A stretch of 64,000 bases of DNA from Pseudomonadota bacterium (GTDB taxonomy: Bacteria; Desulfobacterota; Desulfobulbia; Desulfobulbales; SURF-16): contig JAHILF010000031.1 of the NCBI GenBank assembly GCA_018897105.1, positions 7,632 through 71,631 of the forward strand, read 5' to 3'. The position numbers were made by a program, and so were the translations under genes. The notes below the pieces were generated by a model, which was not told the origin of the DNA, did not search any database, and saw nothing but the letters and a program-made list of their open reading frames with translations. This document shows, in pieces, positions 38,314 through 48,052 of this stretch (position 1 is its first letter; each line of letters starts with the position of its first letter).

Positions 38314-40152
38314 ATGAAGCAAAGTAACTCTCCTTTAGATATTTGGTCGCTCGGGAGTTGTTGGCCTGCGGCCCTTGGCTTCACCGGGCTCTATTACATT
38401 CTTCTGCAGGTCATCACCTGGGTGTGGTTTGATGTGGCGATCAAGTCCAGCGCCATTCCCATGGATCTGTTCGCCCACCTGCTTCTCGGGGCCGCACTTT
38501 ACACCCTGGCGCGGAGCCCTGCCTGGTTTGTCTCGGTTCTCATTGTTCTGCTGCCTCTCTTCCATCTGGTAAACGCCGGCAAGATGGCCATGCTCGGCGG
38601 GCCGGTCATGCCGGATGACTTCCGGGCGGTGCGCAGCCTATTTCTCATCCTGCATGGTTGGCAGTTCGCCTTGTTGACCGGCCTCAGCGCCTCTACTGCG
38701 CTACTTCTGCTGGGCATGCTGCAGTTGCGCAGGCGGCGGGCCTGGATCGTTATTGGCTTGCTGGGCGCGGTCACGGTGACAATAAGCCAGATCCCGGCTG
38801 TGGTGACAGGGGTAATGGACCGCTGCTTCGGCAACTCGGTCTGGAATCAAGAGTATAATTTTAGGAGTCGTGGACTGCTGTTCCATGTCATGCATGAAAG
38901 CGCCCGTTATCTGGCCCTTCAGGTGGCCGATCCGACACCCACCGAGGTAGGAGTCGCGGTTGAAACCCTGAACCCCGCCTTTTTCGTACCAGCAGGCTTC
39001 GATGCTGCCGCAAGCCAGCCCCAACGCAATGTCCACATGATCGTGCTTGAATCATTCTGGGACCCGGCCCTGCTCAGCTCGGCCAATCTGTCTCAAGATC
39101 CGCTTGACCCAAGATTCCGGGCGCTGTGGGCGGCATCAGAAAATTCACATGCACTGTCACCCGTATTCGGCGGCTACACCGCCAACGCCGAATTCGAGGC
39201 TCTGTGCGGATTTCCGGTCACCCAGGATGCGGTGTTCTTTGAAGGAAGACTGCGCAGGGATGCCAACTGTCTGCCCCGGCACCTGGCCGATGAGGGCTAT
39301 ACCACCGTGGCTTCACATCCCAACGTGGCCATGTTCTGGAACCGGGTGCACGCTTACCGACGGGTGGGATTCCAGAACTACTGGTCCAGGGACAACTTCG
39401 AACTGGACGACATGAACCGGGATTTCCTCAGTGACGCCTCCCTGTATCGCCAGGTCCTTACGCGCATCCAGCCCATGCTGGAAAACGGCGTACCGATGCT
39501 CAATTACGTACTGACCTTCTTCGGCCATCAGGATTACCCGCTCGGTCCGACGCGGCCCCCGGTGATTACCGCATCCAGCGCACAATATATGGTGGAGGCC
39601 TATGCCAATACGATCTACTACAAATCCCGGGAACTCATGGATTTCATCGAGGTTCTGCAGCAGATTGACCCCAACGGGCTGATCGTGATGTTCGGGGACC
39701 ATCTGCCTTTTCTTGGTTACAACTTCGAGGCCTTTGCCGAATCAAATTTGCTCGCCACAAATCGCAATGAATTCACGGACGACATGTTCGCCACCATGAC
39801 CCAGACCCCCCTGATTATCATCGACGGCCAGGCCGGTCCGGTCCCGGTGGGCGATCTGCCGCTCTACCGGTTGCCGGATATTCTTCTCGGCCTGCTGGGC
39901 GATGAACGCCCCTCGGCAATGAGCTTGACCCGCACCCCGCCTGATCTCAGCATCCGGCCGCTGCCAGGCATGCAGTATGTCCTCTCCGACGGAAATATTA
40001 CGGTATGCCGGGACAATATTGATGAATCACCTCTGTGCAAAGGTGTTGCGCACTGGATGGATGCAGTGGAAAAACTGACTGAAGACCTCTACTCCGGGCG
40101 GCAATACCTCTTACAGAGAACCCCACCCCCGGAAGACGGTTTGACTTTGTAA
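38314..40152 (+). CDS. LTA-synthase-family (alkaline phosphatase superfamily) membrane protein
   Basis: N-terminal TMs, NVHMIVLESFWDP, GGYTANAEFE, FWNR and FGDHLP. Confidence 0.9.
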   Translation: MKQSNSPLDIWSLGSCWPAALGFTGLYYILLQVITWVWFDVAIKSSAIPMDLFAHLLLGAALYTLARSPAWFVSVLIVLLPLFHLVNAGKMAMLGGPVMPDDFRAVRSLFLILHGWQFALLTGLSASTALLLLGMLQLRRRRAWIVIGLLGAVTVTISQIPAVVTGVMDRCFGNSVWNQEYNFRSRGLLFHVMHESARYLALQVADPTPTEVGVAVETLNPAFFVPAGFDAAASQPQRNVHMIVLESFWDPALLSSANLSQDPLDPRFRALWAASENSHALSPVFGGYTANAEFEALCGFPVTQDAVFFEGRLRRDANCLPRHLADEGYTTVASHPNVAMFWNRVHAYRRVGFQNYWSRDNFELDDMNRDFLSDASLYRQVLTRIQPMLENGVPMLNYVLTFFGHQDYPLGPTRPPVITASSAQYMVEAYANTIYYKSRELMDFIEVLQQIDPNGLIVMFGDHLPFLGYNFEAFAESNLLATNRNEFTDDMFATMTQTPLIIIDGQAGPVPVGDLPLYRLPDILLGLLGDERPSAMSLTRTPPDLSIRPLPGMQYVLSDGNITVCRDNIDESPLCKGVAHWMDAVEKLTEDLYSGRQYLLQRTPPPEDGLTL

Positions 40153-40217
40153 CCCTCCCCAGCTTGCCAGAATTTACCGGGATGAAAAATTCCCGGCAAA
40201 TTAACCCCCTTCAGCTT

Positions 40218-41372
40218 TTAGACCAATCTCCCCTTTTTCAATTCCCGCAAGGAATAAAAGGTGCCGCGCCAGACAATGCCCTGCTGCAGAATTGTCGCCA
40301 GCACCGCCTTCCAGGTCATATAAAGCCTGATATACGGCGTCACGGGAAACCAGATGACGTGCCGGCAGGCAATGCCGCTGTACAGAGCCGCCAAGACAAA
40401 CAGGGTTGCCTGCAGGACAATGATGGCGAAATTAACCAGCCGGGTCGCCCCGTCAGTCGCAATCAGTGCCCAGGGTGGCCAAATGCTGAAGACGAGCTGC
40501 AGGCAGGTGAGAACACAGAGCCGGGCAAAGCTGTAATCAAGGGCCGCGTAAGTGTTTTTCCTGAGCCCGCTGATCATCTCCCTGATCGTGCCATACCATT
40601 TCACCGCGATAAAATGATAGCCATACAGGCATTCCTGCATAAAGCCATGCATTTTGAGGAGCTTGCCAAGCATGATGTCGTCCAGCGGACACAGTCGGAT
40701 GGCCGCGTGGCCTCCCGCCTTATGGTAGGCGGCCGCCCGCACCAGGTTGAAGGCGCCGACGCCGATGAATTTATCCGATGTGGGGTCTGCGGCCTTCCAC
40801 GGTTGCAGATAGCTGACCAGGCTGACTCCGAATTCGATCACCACCATCTGCAGCAGACTTGAGGGCAAAATAGCCCTGAACAGCAGGGTGAGATGGTCGA
40901 GATTTCCGGCCCGCATCCGGGCCATTGCCCTGGTTAAAGTGGAAGGCTCCATCACCACATCGGCATCGGTGAAAAGCAGATACTCGCCGCCGGCCCTGCC
41001 TGCCCCCAGATGCAGAGCATGATTCTTGCCGAGCCACCCCTGGGGAAGTTCGCTGACATGCATGACCGTAAGCTGCGGATGAAGGGCGCTGATCTCCTCA
41101 AGGATGGCTCCGGTGGCATCGGTTGACCGGTCGTTGACAACTATTATTTCAAGCGGACTGTAATCAAGAACCAGCACCGACAGCAGCGCCTGACGGATAT
41201 TTTTCTCCTCATTCAAGGCGGGAATGATAATGGAAACAGCAGGCGGGCAGGCATCATCCAAGGGAACACTGGCATCCAGCCACTTGATGCGTCGCGCACC
41301 GAGAAAGCCCTGGAGCCCAAAGACTGCTGTTCCGATGAAGGTGGCAACAGCAAGCAGGAGCAGGAAATCCAT
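40218..41372 (-). CDS. GT2 glycosyltransferase (HpnB/CrtQ-like)
   Basis: IIPALNEE, NDRSTD, GWLGKNHAL, FTDAD and LDDIMLG; C-terminal TMs. Confidence 0.9.
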   Translation of the reverse strand: MDFLLLLAVATFIGTAVFGLQGFLGARRIKWLDASVPLDDACPPAVSIIIPALNEEKNIRQALLSVLVLDYSPLEIIVVNDRSTDATGAILEEISALHPQLTVMHVSELPQGWLGKNHALHLGAGRAGGEYLLFTDADVVMEPSTLTRAMARMRAGNLDHLTLLFRAILPSSLLQMVVIEFGVSLVSYLQPWKAADPTSDKFIGVGAFNLVRAAAYHKAGGHAAIRLCPLDDIMLGKLLKMHGFMQECLYGYHFIAVKWYGTIREMISGLRKNTYAALDYSFARLCVLTCLQLVFSIWPPWALIATDGATRLVNFAIIVLQATLFVLAALYSGIACRHVIWFPVTPYIRLYMTWKAVLATILQQGIVWRGTFYSLRELKKGRLV

Positions 41373-41567
41373 TTTTTCAACCCAACATGAGAGCAGGACC
41401 GGCATAGATCCAATGCCCGCCTGACATTAAGAAAGCGAAAATGACGTTTTTCCCGTCCAGGGAGAAAACATTTCGACTTTTCCAGATTTTTTATGCATAG
41501 TGAAAGCTCATCGTTTCCCCTATACCCTAAGCGACGCTTCAGTATAATGTCTAATCGAAAAAATCAG

Positions 41568-41789
41568 ATGGAAAAACTACTCGCAACCATTCCTTGGGGG
41601 GTACTTATCATCGCCTGCCTGACCCTCGGCCTTGCCCCTTTCAATCCGCCCCACATCTGGGAAAAACTGCAGATGCTGGTAAAAGGACAACTGGTTCGGC
41701 CCATTGACTGGTTCGATTTTTTCATGCACGGCACCCCCTGGTTCCTACTGGCGTTAAAGGCGATATTTGCTCTCAGGCCATCCTTATAA
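41568..41789 (+). CDS. Small conserved membrane protein
   Basis: LGLAPF.PPHIWEKLQML...RPIDWFD..MHG motif. Confidence 0.75.
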   Translation: MEKLLATIPWGVLIIACLTLGLAPFNPPHIWEKLQMLVKGQLVRPIDWFDFFMHGTPWFLLALKAIFALRPSL

Positions 41790-41874
41790 TACTCTGCTGT
41801 CATGAGTGGCAGATGCTGAAGCTGCATTAATCGTCATCAGTAACAAATCATAGGGATCAACAAGGAGAATAGGC

Positions 41875-42393
41875 ATGAATCCTGAGCTGGACTTTATCTT
41901 TACCAGGCGCAGTATCCGCAAATACGAGACAAAAGAGGTACCTGAGGAAATTCTTACGGATCTGCTGGAAGCCGGCATGGCCGCTCCTTCCGCGGTAGCC
42001 AGGGACCCCTGGCATTTTATCATGCTCCGCCGCCGGGAGAACCTGGACAGACTGGCAGATATTCTACCCCACGGCAAGATGCTGCGCCAGGCAACCGCCG
42101 CCTTTGTGGTCTGCGGCGACATCAACCGGGCTCATGATAAAAAGGAATCCTACATGCTGCAGGATCTCAGTGCTGCAGTGGAGAATATCCTGCTGGCCGC
42201 CAATGCTTCAGGTCTTGGCGCCTGCTGGCTCGGCGTCCATCCCCGGGAGGAACGGATGGAAGGGATAAAAAAGATGTTCAGCCTGCCGGAGGGCATCATT
42301 CCCATGTGCGCCATTGCCCTGGGTTGGCCGGCCGAAAGGCCCGAGGCCCGCACCCGTTTCAGAGGTGAATGCGTGCACCGGGAACAGTGGTAG
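41875..42393 (+). CDS. Nitroreductase family protein
   Basis: RRSIRKY, AAPSA, ENILLAA and GACWLG. Confidence 0.93.
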   Translation: MNPELDFIFTRRSIRKYETKEVPEEILTDLLEAGMAAPSAVARDPWHFIMLRRRENLDRLADILPHGKMLRQATAAFVVCGDINRAHDKKESYMLQDLSAAVENILLAANASGLGACWLGVHPREERMEGIKKMFSLPEGIIPMCAIALGWPAERPEARTRFRGECVHREQW

Positions 42394-42545
42394 AAATTCA
42401 CCGGAACACGTCACTCACGCCTGCCTGACCAGCTCTACATTGATTATCTTCCGTCCAGGCGCCTCTTATCTTGGCGGAACCACCCGGACGGAAGATACCC
42501 TAAAAATATAATCTGAATGTGTGAACGATTCCGAACCGCCCTAGG

Positions 42546-42974
42546 CTAGGCGATTTCCACCAGCTCGATATCAAAGTTCAGCTCTTCTCCGGCCAGCGGG
42601 GGATTGGCATCAAGAATGATTTGCTCGTCCGTTATACTTGCCACCGAAACCATAACGGGTTCGCCGTTGGGACCGCTCAACTGCAACTTTTGTCCGATCT
42701 CGGGATTTAAACCAGGCGGCACCTGATCCTTGGGGAAGGGCATTAACAGCTCCTCATTGCGCGGTCCATAGGCTTTATCCACTGGAATCTTCACATTTTT
42801 ACTGTCCCCTTGATTCATGCCGATCACCGCCTCTTCAAATCCGGGAATCACTTGACCACCACCGATGGTGAATCCTAAAGGATCACGATCGGCCGAGGAA
42901 TCGAAAACCGTGCCGTCATTAAGTTTGCCGGTGTAGTGAATTTTAACTCTATCGCCTTTTTTTGCCTCTGCCAT
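42546..42974 (-). CDS. FKBP-type peptidyl-prolyl isomerase (SlyD/FkpB-like)
   Basis: HYTGKL.DG.VFDSS, VIPGFEEA, AYG and DANPPLAG. Confidence 0.93.
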   Translation of the reverse strand: MAEAKKGDRVKIHYTGKLNDGTVFDSSADRDPLGFTIGGGQVIPGFEEAVIGMNQGDSKNVKIPVDKAYGPRNEELLMPFPKDQVPPGLNPEIGQKLQLSGPNGEPVMVSVASITDEQIILDANPPLAGEELNFDIELVEIA

Positions 42975-43258
42975 TTGATTCTCCTTTGAGCAGTATCATT
43001 TTACATAAATTTTCTCGGATTTCGGAAAATTTACAGAGTTTGTGCATTTTCGTATAAATGGCCGAAGACTATACCATAAAAAAATCATAAAAGATACCTG
43101 CCGAGGAGAGGGGCGCAGAGCAAAACAGGGTTGCCACAGGGAAAATGCAGTGATTCCGGCCAGGTGGCAATGAAGAGTTTTTTTTGGCGCACCAGAAACA
43201 AAACAGGAAAAAGATCAAGGAACACGAGGAGAAAGCTTGCGACGCTGGGTTATCCGCA

Positions 43259-43906
43259 TCAAGGTGAATGCTGATTATCGATTGACGGCGGCGTCTCCTT
43301 ATTACCCGTAAAAAGACGTCCCAGAACGGAAAAGACCTTTTTGATACTAGCCCACAGTTTGGGCAGCAACCAGATCATCAGAAGGATAAGAATAACCAGC
43401 ACTACTAAAAATACATAGGGATGAGCCAGGGCCGCCCAGACACCGACAATGACCGCTACATCCTCGCCCAGGGAGGCAAACCAGTTACTGAAGGGTTCCG
43501 GCGAGGTGTTGATCAAAACTCTGGAACCGGCCTTGGTTGCATGACTGCCGGCGGCCAGGGTACCACCCAGAATGGCTGCCGTCACCGTCATCGCACTGTT
43601 GACTTCGCCCAGACTTGCTGCAGCCAGCATGGCCCCTGCCGGAATGCGGATAAAGGTATGGATGGAGTCCCAGCCGGTATCGACTCCGGGCATCTTATCC
43701 GCCACAAACTCCACCGCAAACATGAGCCCGGCTGCTCCGATAACCAGAGGATTGGTTAAAATCTGTAAATCAGGTGGCAGCGTCATGTTGCCGGTGGCGC
43801 CAAGTACGCCCAAAGTGAGCAGCGTGGCATACAGATTGATTCCGCTTGCCCAGGCCGCTCCCATACTCAGCGAGATGGTATGTATAATCTGATTGACTTC
43901 ATCCAT
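43259..43906 (-). CDS. DUF4126 domain membrane protein
   Basis: WASGINLY, EFVADK, WDSIHTFIR and NTSPEPFSN...ED. Confidence 0.9.
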   Translation of the reverse strand: MDEVNQIIHTISLSMGAAWASGINLYATLLTLGVLGATGNMTLPPDLQILTNPLVIGAAGLMFAVEFVADKMPGVDTGWDSIHTFIRIPAGAMLAAASLGEVNSAMTVTAAILGGTLAAGSHATKAGSRVLINTSPEPFSNWFASLGEDVAVIVGVWAALAHPYVFLVVLVILILLMIWLLPKLWASIKKVFSVLGRLFTGNKETPPSIDNQHSP

Positions 43907-44154
43907 TTCTTTTCTCCCCAAAGGCTACGGGCGATAAAACGCGCTTCCTCAAAGAAATACAGACCCCATCATATAATTTTCAGCCAAATTGGCAAGGGAT
44001 AATTTTGCAACCAATAGCTGGTTTGGGCTCATTTTGAGCCCATTGCGTCAATTTGCCACATTTCCCGATTTGTGATAATATATTACAAGTTAAATTTAGG
44101 AAAAAGCCCCAATATTCTCAGAATCCTCACGACACGACCCCTGCGGAGAATCTC

Positions 44155-45936
44155 ATGGTGATAGTATCCCAGAAAAGCAAAAATCCTAAGGTGACAGATG
44201 CCATCTTCATGATGAATGCCAATTGGGAAGTCACCTCGTTCAACAAGGCAGCGGAGGATCTTTTCGGTCTCAAAGCTGGAAACGTTCTTGGATGCAACTG
44301 CCACGAAATCTTTGGGAATGACGAACGTTTTGCTGAACTTTTTTCATCCCTCTGCCCCTCCATTTCCGCAGGAAAAATAGTCACCGATTTCAACCTGGTC
44401 ATTGAAAACACGGCCACTAATAAACTGACTGCTGTGTTGGCCACAGCAGTGCCAATTCCCGACAAGGCTGGTTCTCCTTCAGGCGCTATTGTCATCTTTC
44501 AGGATGCATCGTCAAGCTCCATGTGCAACAGAATGATTTTAGACAGTATCGCTGACGGGGTTTTTACCGTCGACCGCAACTGGAAGATAACATCTTTTAA
44601 TGCTGCTGCCGAAAACATCACTGGCTGGAAAAAAGAGGATGCCATCGGCAAATTCTGCGGAGATGTCTTCCATTCCAGCATCTGCGGCAAAAGCTGCGCC
44701 ATTGCCCAGAGCCTGTACAGCGGCAAACCCGTGCCGAATCGCTCAATCACTATCGGCAATATCGATGGCAGCCGGATTCCCGTCAGTATTTGCGCTTCGC
44801 CTCTCACCGACCATGAGGGAAACATTATCGGCGGGGTCGAGACCTTCCGTGATCTTTCCGCCATCTCAATGCTGCAGAAACAACTGAGCAAAAACTACAC
44901 CTTTGACGAGATCATCAGCAAAAGTGTGGCGATGCAACGAATTTTCAGCATTCTTCCGGAGATTTCCCGCAGTCCGAGCACCGTACTTATTCTCGGGGAG
45001 AGCGGAACAGGCAAGGAGCTGGTGGCCAGGGCCATCTATCATGCCAGCTCGCGCAATGACAAGCCCTTTGTTGCCGTCAACTGCGGCGCCCTGCCTGAAA
45101 CCCTGCTGGAATCCGAGCTGTTCGGTTACAAGGCAGGAGCCTTTACCGATGCCAAACAGGACCGGCTAGGCCGCTTTGCCGCGGCGGAGAAAGGCACCCT
45201 CTTCCTTGACGAAATCGGAGATATTCCCCAGTCACTGCAGGTTAAATTGCTCCGGGTTCTGCAGAATAAAGTGTACGAACCGCTTGGCTCCAATGTGCCG
45301 CTTAAGGCGGATGTCCGCATCATCACCGCAACCAACCGGGATCTGCAGGAGCTTGTCCACAAAGGGCAGTTTCGTGAAGATCTTTTTTACCGTCTCAACG
45401 TGGTCAAAATCCACCTTCCGCCGCTACGGGAACGCATGGAGGATGTGCCCATACTGATCGATCACTTCATTAAGCAATACAGTGCTCAGCAGGGAAAAGA
45501 TATTGTCGGAATTTCCAGCGGGGCATTAAATCTCCTCATGCGCCACAACTATCCGGGCAACATCAGGGAACTTGAAAATATTATTGAATACGCCTTTATC
45601 CTCTGCGAAGGCGGCTTCATTCAGCCGGAACATCTGCCGGAACCATTTGCCGTCCCTGCCATTAAAACAGGCGCAGACAGCGAGAAGGGATCAGTGAAAC
45701 AGGGATTGCAATCCCTCGAAGAAATTGAAAAACAAGCCATTTACATGGCCCTGGAAAGAAACAACTGGAGACGGATGGCAACATGCCGTGAACTGGGTAT
45801 TTCCAAAGACACTTTGCGCCGGAAAATCGATCGCTACAAGCTGGAAAGTGAGTTTTCCAAACAACTGGAGGAATTACCAGAAGAGCAGCCCTATGCTCAC
45901 ATGAACGGAAGTCCTCAGGAAACTGCAAAAATTTAG
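44155..45936 (+). CDS. PAS-PAS sigma54-dependent transcriptional activator
   Basis: Two PAS domains, GESGTGKE, ESELFG, GAFTDA, FLDEIG, REDLFYRL and C-terminal HTH. Confidence 0.94.
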   Translation: MVIVSQKSKNPKVTDAIFMMNANWEVTSFNKAAEDLFGLKAGNVLGCNCHEIFGNDERFAELFSSLCPSISAGKIVTDFNLVIENTATNKLTAVLATAVPIPDKAGSPSGAIVIFQDASSSSMCNRMILDSIADGVFTVDRNWKITSFNAAAENITGWKKEDAIGKFCGDVFHSSICGKSCAIAQSLYSGKPVPNRSITIGNIDGSRIPVSICASPLTDHEGNIIGGVETFRDLSAISMLQKQLSKNYTFDEIISKSVAMQRIFSILPEISRSPSTVLILGESGTGKELVARAIYHASSRNDKPFVAVNCGALPETLLESELFGYKAGAFTDAKQDRLGRFAAAEKGTLFLDEIGDIPQSLQVKLLRVLQNKVYEPLGSNVPLKADVRIITATNRDLQELVHKGQFREDLFYRLNVVKIHLPPLRERMEDVPILIDHFIKQYSAQQGKDIVGISSGALNLLMRHNYPGNIRELENIIEYAFILCEGGFIQPEHLPEPFAVPAIKTGADSEKGSVKQGLQSLEEIEKQAIYMALERNNWRRMATCRELGISKDTLRRKIDRYKLESEFSKQLEELPEEQPYAHMNGSPQETAKI

Positions 45937-46386
45937 AGTGAAGAGAATCTAATGCAACCGCACTCTCTTGCTCCTTTCAGCAGCCCCGCCTCGCAAGATA
46001 AACGGAATTCCTGTCTCCCCGCACCAAAAGTCGGCGGCGGACGTCCTCCCTGTATCATTTCCCTTTCGGGTTCACCTTCTGACAGCTGCAGGCTCCTGCT
46101 TTGTTTCTACCTTGATTGTTTCCGGAATCATAAAGCATCCATTTGTTTTTATGGCATTTTCTTCCTTCTCGGGATAATAACAGAGAAGCAATGCAAAAAA
46201 TGGCGTGCAAGCTGATAATGCCACTGAAATACACAAAAAAATATCCTTCATCAGGATTATGCCCCACATGGGCAGGGAAGCTTATTTGTCCGGCAATGTG
46301 CGGGACAACAGCAACCTGGATGTTTCATTTCATCAGGTTGCTCTTAAGGATTATCGGCTTTGATATTGTCACCAGGGGGCTTGACA

Positions 46387-47796
46387 ATGGGTATTCGTAA
46401 AAAAGTTCTGCTCAGCATCACCTTGGTCTCTCTGACGCTGACTGCGATCTTCTATTATCTTTTTAAAAATGTTATTCTCAACAATTTCGACACAATAGAA
46501 GAACGTTTTGTTCATGACAACATTTCCCGGGTCAAGGCCACCATGGAGGATCAGGCCAAGTCACTTGATACCATCACCCATGACTGGGCCAGCTGGGACG
46601 ACACCTATGGTTTCATCGTTGACCGCAACAAGGAATATGAGGAAACAAATATTGTCGAGGACACATTCCATTCAAGTGCAAAAATTAATTATCTTCTCTA
46701 CTTCGACACTGAGGGCAAGCTCGTCCATGGCACCTTCTATGATCCCGAGCTAAAGGCCCTGATTCCTGTTCCCGCCAATCTCCTTTCGCAACTTGCCGGC
46801 AACAAACAGCTTTTTCACCACCCAACCAATGACAGTCATTTCACCGGACTCATCATGATTTCCGACACTGTCCTGCTCATTTCCGCGCGGCCCATCTTAA
46901 AAAGTGACGGAGAAGGCCCTAACCGGGGTACGCTGATCATGATGCGTATTCTCGATGAGGAGCGCATCCAGACGATAGAAGAGATAACCAAGATGGACTT
47001 CTCTGTGCATATCATCAATACCCCTCTGCCTCATACCGATTCTTTTGAGATTCTCGACAGCATTCTGGCCAACCCTGACAATTTTATCATCAAACCCCTG
47101 GACAACGATTACATAGCCGGTTACGGCGTCATGAAGGATATCTTCGGCCAGTCCCTTCTTCTTCTTCGGCTGACGGTTCCAAGAGCCATTCATATTCAGG
47201 GTCATCGAACCCTGGCCTATCTTCTCTGGACAACTATTATCACCAGCCTTACCTTTTCTATACTCGTCTTCATTATTCTTGACAGACTGGTGCTCAAAAG
47301 ATTGGCCGTATTAAACAGCGATGTTTTGAAGATCAGCAAATCAGCCCATCCGGCATACCGTGTTCAGGTATCAGGATCTGACGAATTCGCCAGCCTTTCC
47401 ACCTCGATCAATACCATGCTGGATGCTATTGACAAAAATCAGCTTGAACAGAAGGAAAAAGAAGTCCGCTTGCGCACCATAGCCGAATTTACTCGTTCCG
47501 GACTCTTTATCACCCAGGGTCCCAAACTGATCTATGTTAATTCAGTCATGGAGCTTATTACCGGATACACTTCTGAGGAGCTTTTCAGCATGAACTGGTG
47601 GGACATCTTTCACCCGGATTACCGGGGATATCTGCGTTCTAAAATCATGGAGACCCAGAAAGTCGGATCGCCCCCGGAACAATATGAAGTAATGATCATC
47701 AAAAAAACAGGCGAAGAAGGATGGCTTGATTTACGTATCAAACATGTTACCTTTCAGGGTAACCCTGCAAGTTTTGGCGTATGTACGGATCTGTAA
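46387..47796 (+). CDS. CHASE4-HAMP-PAS membrane sensor without output domain
   Basis: TM, DWASWDDTY (CHASE4), TM, HAMP (DEFASL...INTML), PAS (HPDY), then stop. Confidence 0.85.
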   Translation: MGIRKKVLLSITLVSLTLTAIFYYLFKNVILNNFDTIEERFVHDNISRVKATMEDQAKSLDTITHDWASWDDTYGFIVDRNKEYEETNIVEDTFHSSAKINYLLYFDTEGKLVHGTFYDPELKALIPVPANLLSQLAGNKQLFHHPTNDSHFTGLIMISDTVLLISARPILKSDGEGPNRGTLIMMRILDEERIQTIEEITKMDFSVHIINTPLPHTDSFEILDSILANPDNFIIKPLDNDYIAGYGVMKDIFGQSLLLLRLTVPRAIHIQGHRTLAYLLWTTIITSLTFSILVFIILDRLVLKRLAVLNSDVLKISKSAHPAYRVQVSGSDEFASLSTSINTMLDAIDKNQLEQKEKEVRLRTIAEFTRSGLFITQGPKLIYVNSVMELITGYTSEELFSMNWWDIFHPDYRGYLRSKIMETQKVGSPPEQYEVMIIKKTGEEGWLDLRIKHVTFQGNPASFGVCTDL

Positions 47797-48052
47797 ATTC
47801 CGTTTTTTCATCATTTCTTTTTTTGAAAAAGTAATCTTTATTATTTAGCAAAACAAATTTGCGCTCCCCAAAAATTAATTATATGATATTTTTCCGGGAA
47901 GGGATTGCCATCATTTTATTCTGGCAGGAATTTTGCTTATACAGCAATTACCATGATAAGAATCCTCATTGAGGATGCCTGTAGTGAGAGAAATTTCGTT
48001 TCCTGCGATTCTGCCAATTTCAACCATACATTCATGAGAAAGGCTGGCCACA